In this document: in pieces, positions 49,301-57,003 of the stretch
How the letters are laid out: every line of letters starts with the position of its first letter
How positions within the stretch are numbered: the first letter of the stretch is position 1
Assembly: GCA_000708835.1 (NCBI GenBank)
Contig: DF237527.1
Location: forward strand, 1 to 57,003
Source of the DNA: Klebsormidium nitens
Taxonomy: Eukaryota; Plantae; Klebsormidiophyceae
Length of the DNA stretch: 57,003 bases
Reading direction: 5' to 3'
The notes under the pieces: generated by a model
What the model was told of the DNA's origin: nothing
What the model saw: only the letters and a program-made list of their open reading frames with translations
The model's database searches: none
Made by a program: the position numbers and the translations under genes

Positions 49301-49964
49301 CTCAGGGATCCGATTCGCCGATGCGTATCTAGGGCGATACTCTGAGAGGGGAGTTTGATGGGAGGGTTGAGCATGGTAGATCCGCCTCTTGATTGGGACT
49401 GTTGATCAAGTTTCTAGTAAACCTTGGTTAAGCCTGGAGGTTGATGGGATAGTGTGCTCACCCGTATATTGAAAGCAAGCACAATTTCCTTAATTTCAAG
49501 AGCTGCGGTTCGCTGTTGACTGGACACGCTCAAGGGCGGGAAGACAATCTCCGAGGCAGCGGCGTTTCTTGACATATTTTAAGTTCCCCATCGGGCTCTG
49601 TTTCCGAAGGAAATGTCTTCTCATATGCATGTCAAGAAGCGGTCGTTGTCTTACCATACCATTGACGACTCGGTACATGCAGGTCCGATTGCTGCGGTCC
49701 ATGCTTCAATGGGAACGTGAAATCCGTGACGAAACCGTCGAGGATGCGCTCAGAAAGCCAGAGGCGCCCGAGTTAACCTCTACCTTAACCGAGGTTTTGG
49801 TGATTCGATGGCCGGATGGGGAGATTGTTAGTCTGCCAGCTGGCAGCAGTGCCGAGGATTTGGTGAGGCAGGTGGGCGAAACGCAGAAGATAGTAATCAT
49901 AAATGGAAAGGCGGTCACGCCAAACGCGCGCCTGAAGGATGGAGACTTGGTGGAGCTAAGGTGA
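37303..49964 (+). CDS. RSH: RelA/SpoT homologue ((p)ppGpp synthetase/hydrolase), likely plastid-targeted, with C-terminal TGS-like domain
   Basis: [38 protein letters not shown] (HD at 39905), [87 protein letters not shown], and a final exon ...[10 protein letters not shown]. The N-terminus [13 protein letters not shown]... is transit-peptide-like; the start is inferred. Confidence 0.93.
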
Positions 49965-52900
49965 TCTGTCTGCTAAGGGCTCGTCATCAAGAAGCTTGCA
50001 AGTAAAGATTGAGGTGCCTAGATCAGGTCTAGAAAGCACATACATATTTATGTGGAGAAGGATATTCATACTTGTCCAGTTTACAGACTTGTTGGATTCA
50101 GCCCGTGCGCATCTGTAAATATTGTCACGCCAATTTGGAGCAAATTATCCACCGAGTCTAAGAGTCAAACAATCTGGTCCGATCTAAAACTCATCTAACT
50201 TGTTATTAGTTGGATCTCCACGAGCTAAGCGACCGTCAACAACGTTATTCTCGCACTTTCGCATCGATGTTGGGACTCATTGGTTTTGTAACCAAACCCG
50301 GATGACGTGGCAACTCCATCGAGTTATGGTTACGAGATTAAACCGTTATTAATAAGACCTAACCCAAGGTTGAGCCAACCCTGTAATAATCAAAAAAAAC
50401 CCTCAATGCGCCAGCATTGGCGCCTGTATTGTGCCTTTCACCCCTTTAACGCCTTTGCCTCTCTAAGTTGCCTTCGCCGTAGTCCGTAGGAAGTTAGAGC
50501 GTTCGAGCGCCTAGGGAACGCCGGTTTGCGGGTCCGATCCCCACCTTTTGCAACTTTTTTCCATGTTCTCTCACTCGTATACATTGGCATATTCCATGTA
50601 CTTTTAAGTGAGGTCCATAACCGATTCATGCAAAGCTAGTGTGACGCAACAAGTAAACTTCCTTTGCAGAGGGCTATTGGTGATGCTTGAAACCTGCGTG
50701 CTTACATAAGCATGCATTCACCTTAAAAGGTATCGATCCACCTCAATTATTGGGAAGCTTTTTTCAGGTGCTAGAGCAGAAGGGTTATCATTTAGGGGTG
50801 CTTGAATAATTCCAATTAACAGATTTTCAAACGTACGGATTGAGGAGTTCCGAGTCATCATTTTATGGGGTTTTTATTACGGGTGCCGTTTCATGCATTT
50901 GAAATGCGCCAATCATGGTCCGGGTCACCTCTTCCGACTATTTGGAGCCATCGATTTTTCAAGAGTTTTAAATTGCCAGTTCATGCAAAGGGTTTCCTAC
51001 TCGGAGGCTTTGAACTTGTTGACCCAGGTGCCAGGTACTAAGGAACTTATAGATTTAGCAAGGTTCTAGCAACATGCAGAAAGGTGGGTCGCACGCCAAC
51101 TTTTATAGGTTGTAAATTCGGAGTTCGCGTTGTGGGCTAATTTGGTCCATTTCGGCGGCGCGCCTAATCATTCCCGGCCGTCGAAAATGAATCGAAGGTT
51201 AATCTCGTACTGTAGTGCCCCGTGACCGCCACTTAGCGGTCATGCAGCACCACCGGTCGGCACTTTGTAGTTAGTCTGCGAGTAGGGGCGCGAGTACGGT
51301 GTGCTTGAGCAACCGCGGGCCGCGAGTGTGTCAGGTTTTAGGGGGCTCCAGGCAATGACGGCAGCGATGAAGACCACTAGTCCGTAGAGTCGCTCGATAG
51401 ATTTGAGTAGCTAAGAACCACTCGCAGAAAGATACGCTGATTTGTAATTGGTGGAGACAAGTCGGTGTACGGTCCCGTAGACTTCGCGTCTGAAAGCAGC
51501 ACTTTGAAAAGATCTGCATGAGGAGCATCGAGGAAGAAATTGGCGTTCGAGTAGTCCTCGCGAGACATTGTCTTGAGTAGACACAATCGAACTTTTTGCT
51601 TGTTTGATTGCTTGTTTGAGAGGCGCTTGCTTCTTGTAGCGTTTTGCTTCGGGACACTTGTCTCTGTAGCGTTTGGCTGGCGTTTCTGCCTGTATATTGT
51701 ATGGACCTGTGTAAGCTGGCCAGGCCTTTAAGGACGCCTTAAGCCCGCAACGATGTTCTAAGTTTCATACCCTCTCGCGACCTGCCATATCACTTGGTTC
51801 TCAGCTCAATCGGACTTCACCGCAAATGTATCGCAGTGCAACATGGTGAATGCACATTGGCCCAATCAAGGGGGACACTGCCAGTGATGAGCTTACGCAG
51901 GTTGTAACTGTTTATCTTGGTTCGTTATTTCAAGTTCACATGGGCTAGCTGGAGTGCACGGTATGGGAAACTCCCTTGTGTGATACTTCACGGTAGTATC
52001 GCCCTTGTCTGGTTAGCTTTGCATGGGCACCATGCTAGATTCCGCTGCCTGCTATTTAATATATTAATATAGTAGCTTGTCTGTAGCCCCACGCTGAGTT
52101 ACGTAAGGTCAGTGACGGTTAACTGTGGGTTAGTATACCTCCAAGCCATCCGGTAGTGGGAATTAGTAGCCCGGGTGTTTGTTGTAGGCTGCTAGTGGTC
52201 CCAGCGTTCGGGCCGGTGGACTTCCTAGTGCAATACAAAGCTCCTCGATTTCCGAGTTCAACTCTATCATTTACTCAGCCGTCGAAGCTCCCATTGATGG
52301 TCGTCTAAATTCGATACCTCCATTTTCCACGATCGCAAATCCGCCGCTAATCCGCCGCAAGAGTACGTTCGTAATTGCGAAATCCGCGGCCACAACAATC
52401 CAAAACCTCAACGCCTTTGAGCTTGACTCAACCTCGCGAGTCGCTTCAATGATTGGGCGCAACACAATGTTTGCTAGTTAGCAATTAACAACGCCTCCCC
52501 TTGCTGATTGCTACTACTAATATTACCTTTGTGTTCGGGCTACAGACTTGCCATAGCCTTATAAACCACCACTAGGGGTACAACTTGGGGCAAACCGGCT
52601 ATCATTCAATAATTCTCGCCAATGGCCACCGGTATTCACCATTTTGTCCGGCAGCGCATGCTTCCAATTAGTCATGGAAATTTAAGCTGATAGATCAAAA
52701 AACAAAAGCATTACTCCACTGTTTTCAGCGGTCTTTCTTTCTGATGCTCGGTTCTAAACTATTGTGCAAGGCCATATGTCGAAATGGCCCGGCTGCTCAA
52801 AACAAAGAGAAACGGCTTATTCTTCTGCTGCCGCGAAGGACCTTTTTGTATGCCAGCCTTGCGCCCTAACGCGCCCGTTGCAATTTTCAAGTTGCAAAAG

Positions 52901-53586
52901 ATTATGGCCAAGCCATAGTAACCAGCACTATTTATTACCCGGTCACGCGGTTCTAGATCGTTGCGGTCTCGTTGCGGGAACATGTCGATAACATACCAGA
53001 CAAGTTTCGGCACACTCGGCTAAAGAAAAATGTCAGGCTAGAGTGTGTCGAGTCGGAATTATATTCAGCACTGCTTGTTGAGTGGTGACTTAAACTAGGG
53101 TAGGCAGGAATTCGAGTCCATGCTAGAATGTAGCTCAGTGCACCATGTGAGACAGTAAACAAGAAAAAAGTGAAGCCAGGCTTCATTCTTTCTTCCGTTC
53201 AGTCAAAAGTTTGATATGGGGCGGCAATCTTGAGCCCATGCGAACTGTACGATGGCCAGAAGGCAGTCTCAACTCGGTTACTATGTGTGGCGTGACATGT
53301 GAAGTGTGAATAGCGAAGGCACATGCGGTTCTGAATTCTGAGGTGCGCTGTGAGCGGAGGCGAGCATTACAAAAGAAAGAATCATCAGAGTTGCATTTAG
53401 TGCATCGATCGGCGGCTAGTGGGCTACTGGAACGCTAAAACGACCCTTGGTGGATTCTGGTGGAATTGGGTTCTGTAACGGGTCAATTCAAGAAGGTGAT
53501 TAAACAGCCAACGGGTTATGACTCGGATATATAAGCTATGGGAGTGCCGTTTGATCCACTGCTCTATCAACGGAGGTCCTTGGGGC

Positions 53587-54072
53587 CTTGAAACTTGAGC
53601 GATTAGCTAACTCAAACAATTCCAGCGACAACTTGTATGAAGGTCCTTCGGGCCCTTCAAATGCATGCAAGCAATTACGCTAATTCAAGCAATCCAAGCA
53701 ACTACTATGTATGGGGATTCATGGAGGCCTTGAAACATGAGCAATTGCGCTAATTCGAGCAATATAAGCAACGGCTGTATGAATGGGTCATCAGACTCAG
53801 AGCACTTGAAAATATGAGCAATTACGCTAATTTGAGCAATCCAAGCAATTGTTATATGTAGGGCTCATAAGTCGAAGTGCATGAAAAGATAAGCATTTAC
53901 GCTAATTCAAGCAATCGGACTCGCAGACGCATTGTGAAGGGGTTTTGAAGGCTCTTGAAATATGAGCATTTACGCTAATTCAAGCAATCCGAGCAACTGT
54001 AATCAATGGGGTCCCTATCGTTAGGACCTTTGAAACGCGAGCAGTTGTCCTAATTCAAGCTTTCCAAGCAAC
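53587..54072. repeat. Seven-unit tandem array, ~75-bp period, with a conserved ~44-bp core
   Basis: Core CTTGAAAnATGAGCAATTACGCTAATTCAAGCAATCCAAGCAAC starts at 53587, 53655, 53729, 53805, 53880, 53954 and 54029. An inverted partial copy lies at ~54091-54113. Confidence 0.9.
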
Positions 54073-54555
54073 TTCGACCTTGCACCCGTGAATTAGCCCA
54101 ATTGCTCAATTTCCCTCATTATTCAACGATTTGCGGTGTGTACAGAGCTTCAAGGGCTATGGGTGTACAAGAAAGTGGGCCCGGGCGGGTCAGGTTGTGT
54201 GTAATTATTGTAATATGGTTAACTGAGCAATTCGTACTCTTCAGACGGTTACCCAAATTACTCAGATTACCCTAATTGCTCAAAATTTCAGGGTAGAATC
54301 GTGTGGATCTCCATACGCTATGACAGTAGAAGGGGCTCACCCTAAGGGCTTAAATGCCTAAGTAATTACTGCAATTGGCTAATTGGAGCAATTCACCCTT
54401 GTTCTCTATGTATGCAACTATTAGATCGAAATAATTGTACATCGCGTCTGACATACACTGACACAAACTGTGCACAACCCGGTACTCTTAACCACTATAG
54501 TTTGCACTTGGCCATTTGCATCAAGATAAAGAAGCCTCTCGAGCACCTACATTTG

Positions 54556-54740
54556 AACCCTAACACAAAAGAATGACACGCTCCGCACCCATACCCACCC
54601 TAACCACCAAGATAACCCCACCCGTCCCTAATAGCCCCGTTCTTAGAAGCCTGGGGCCCCAGCACTAAAAACCCTCACACAAAACGTGACACGCTGCGCA
54701 TCCGTACCCACCTTAACCACCAAATTAACCCCACCCGTCC
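54556..54740. repeat. Two ~72-bp C-rich direct repeats
   Basis: AACCCTMACACAAAA..TGACACGCTSCGCAYCCRTACCCACCYTAACCACCAA...AACCCCACCCGTCC at 54556-54627 and 54670-54740. Confidence 0.85.
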
Positions 54741-54933
54741 TTCGAGTGCATATACTGCATACATTAATGTACCAGCACCAGCTGCTTTTGACCTAGGATA
54801 GCGTTGCCATACTTTTCAAACCCCCTCCACTCCCTTTGATAGCATCCCAGGCCGCCCCTATGATCATAGTTAGCGTTACGCGTTACGTTTCCGTTTTCCA
54901 CCAGAATCCACCAAGGGTCATTTTAGCGTCCCC

Positions 54934-56085
54934 ACGCTCCAGCCCGTGCCCATCAAAGGGTTTGGCCTCGACTTCGCGGGGCCGCTGCCGCGCTTGCGGC
55001 AGGGCAACCAGTACGTGGTGGTGCTGGTGGAGAGGCTTCAGCAAGACGGTGGCCCTGGTCCCCACTCGGGATAAAGAACCCTCCACGGTTGTAGGTACCG
55101 TAGACGTCTTGGTGTTGACACAGGAGGCGTTCACACAGGAGGTGTTGACGCGGTTTGGGGCGCCGACGGAGGTGGTGACAGACAGGGGCGGGGAGTTTGC
55201 GGCGGAGTTCCAGGCGTGCCTGGACGCGGCACTGGTGGATCACAAAGCCACAGCCGCCCATCACCCGCAGGCGAACGGACTGAGCGAGTGCGTGATCTAG
55301 GTGGTCAAGCGGACGTTGCGCCTGAGTGGTGCCGGGGGCGTGCACGCGGCCGAGGACCGGGACCTGTACCTCCCGTGGGTGGCCATGGGGTACAACTTCA
55401 GCACACAGACGTCGCTGGCGGGATTCTCGCCGTACCAGCTCATGTACGGGCGGGCACCACGGTCCCGGGGGCCATCAAGGTGGAAGTGGCTAAGTCCCTG
55501 GACATGGACAACGAGGAGCAGACCCTCGATCTGGACAACGAGGAGCGGCTGGTGGCGCTAGTGGCGCAGCGCGCGAAGCTGTTTGAGCGGTGGGTGCCCA
55601 TGGCGATGGGCAACCTGGAGATTGCGCATCACTGGCACCGCGACACCCTGCGGTACGCTCAGACGCGCAATGGGGCTTGGAAGCCAGAAGCCGCAGGCGG
55701 TTAAGTATGAGCCTGGGGACTATGTCTACCTGCAGCGCGAGATGCTCTACACACTGGACACACGGGCATGCGTGCAGGTCCTCAGCGTGCGCGAGGTGGC
55801 GGCCAACGGGGTCTTGGAGCTGGAGGGGGCGGACGCTCGCACGATCAGGGTGCACATGGAACGGTGTGCTCCCTGCCACTGGGCGGACATTGATGGACGA
55901 ATGGACCCACTTGCGGCGGTCCTGGCGGTCGACGTTGCCAGCACGCGGTGTTGGAAGGCGAGCGGAGCGGCCGCATGTTGCTGTGTGACGGGTGCGGGGC
56001 TGGGTGGCACCTCAAGAGTGCCTAGCGCGGCCGCTACCGGCAGTCCTGGATGGATTGGTACTGCGCCCAGTGCCATGCGATGTAG
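54934..56085 (+). mobile_element. Degenerate Ty3/Gypsy-like integrase remnant with C-terminal PHD finger
   Basis: TLQPVPIKGFGLDFAGPLP, FGAPTEVVTDRGGEF, HHPQANGLSE, YLPWVAMGYNFSTQTSLAGFSPYQLMYGRAP and YEPGDYVYL. These are followed by MLLCDGCGAGWHLK/CL..PL..V/DWYCAQC. There are multiple frameshifts and a stop at 55298-55300. No RT, RNase H or LTR is visible. Confidence 0.85.
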
Positions 56086-57003
56086 CTTGACCAGAGCATA
56101 CTGTATCAATGGTGGTATGAATGTCCATTTCTGGACGTTCATTTGGATTTCTTCAGGGCCAAAAACAAGCGGCCTGAATATTCACTGAACCAGCCTGAAC
56201 AGATAAGGACTACAGACTCGGATTGTGCGGGAAAATTCTAATTATTTTGAAAATTCGGCAATTATTTGGTACATTATGTATTACAGAATTCTGCGAAATG
56301 TTCATTTCATATTCATTCAGGTTCCTTGAATTTCTGAACTAGGCGTGCCGGGGGCTCTTGGGCCCCCGGATGCTTTGTAGTGTCAACAGAGGCAAGCGAA
56401 GCACATCCCCGCATCTACTGACACTTCCAATCGGTCAGCAAACTGTCGAACCTGGTGCAAACGACCTCAACGTGCACGCTCAACTTGACTGCTTGACACC
56501 AGTCGCAATATCGGTGCGAGCTCGGCAAACAGGCCTCCAAGCGTGCATTTGTGCACCGAACGTTGCTCATAGTGTCACTCTTCAATAAAAAGCTGCTGTG
56601 CTTTAACATTGACACAAAAGATAAAATCGGTGCGACCACTCACAGTGCTGCCTGACAGTATAGCTTTAATACTACCGAAAACCCGGAGGAAGTGCCAACC
56701 AATCCAGACTGCGGCTCGGCGCGGAGCCTTGACACCACATCACAGTCTTCCTTGGTCCTTATTTTTAACACCAATCCGGCTTCAATGTCCAGGCGGAGTC
56801 AAAAACCTCGGCGACGGCGTTAAGCTTACGTCACTCGACCAATCAGATCGCCGGGATGGGTCCTGAAGACTCTGAAAGAGCCCCCTAATAATGGCCTGGC
56901 GCCCGGGCCACATGTTTTTTTTGTTTTTTTGTTTTTTTCGAAACAAGTATATAAATATTGCGGGACCCGTGTATTGAACTAGAAATGCCACCGGATCACC
57001 AAG

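Noticed and set aside
50480-50550. B-box-like GGTCCGATCCC suggesting a tRNA or SINE
   Set aside because: No A-box, acceptor stem or anticodon arm can be folded.
50000-53500. Short ORFs downstream of RSH (e.g. 51331-51657)
   Set aside because: No family motifs or consistent splice structure found.
53587-54072. Bona fide CRISPR array
   Set aside because: Eukaryotic context, no cas genes, degenerate cores and linkers that resemble one another. Kept only as a repeat array.

Overview
Eukaryotic, intron-rich genomic DNA. Spliceosomal GT-AG introns and land-plant-like RSH and MON1 proteins suggest a streptophyte alga such as Klebsormidium; this is inference. (1) ~1.9-17.4 kb: an accessory region with a decaying minus-strand multi-exon gene ending in a PrimPol-type AEP primase, a Zn finger and a UL9/origin-binding-type SF2 helicase, a virus-like fusion. 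Several of its introns carry ~19 same-orientation copies of a ~62-bp hairpin, and its 5' part grew by symmetric-exon and ~3.8-kb segmental duplication. (2) 17.5-21.4 kb: an apparently intact 6-exon Crinkler/RHS (CR)-type NTPase + restriction-endonuclease-fold gene with a transit-peptide-like N-terminus, head-to-head with minus-strand exons. (3) A small 2-exon membrane protein. (4) MON1 (minus strand) and (5) a divergently oriented, plastid-type RelA/SpoT homologue. (6) From 53.5 kb: a ~75-bp-period repeat array, a C-rich direct repeat and a degenerate Ty3/Gypsy-like integrase with a C-terminal PHD finger. All gene models were hand-spliced with phase checks; no database searches were run.
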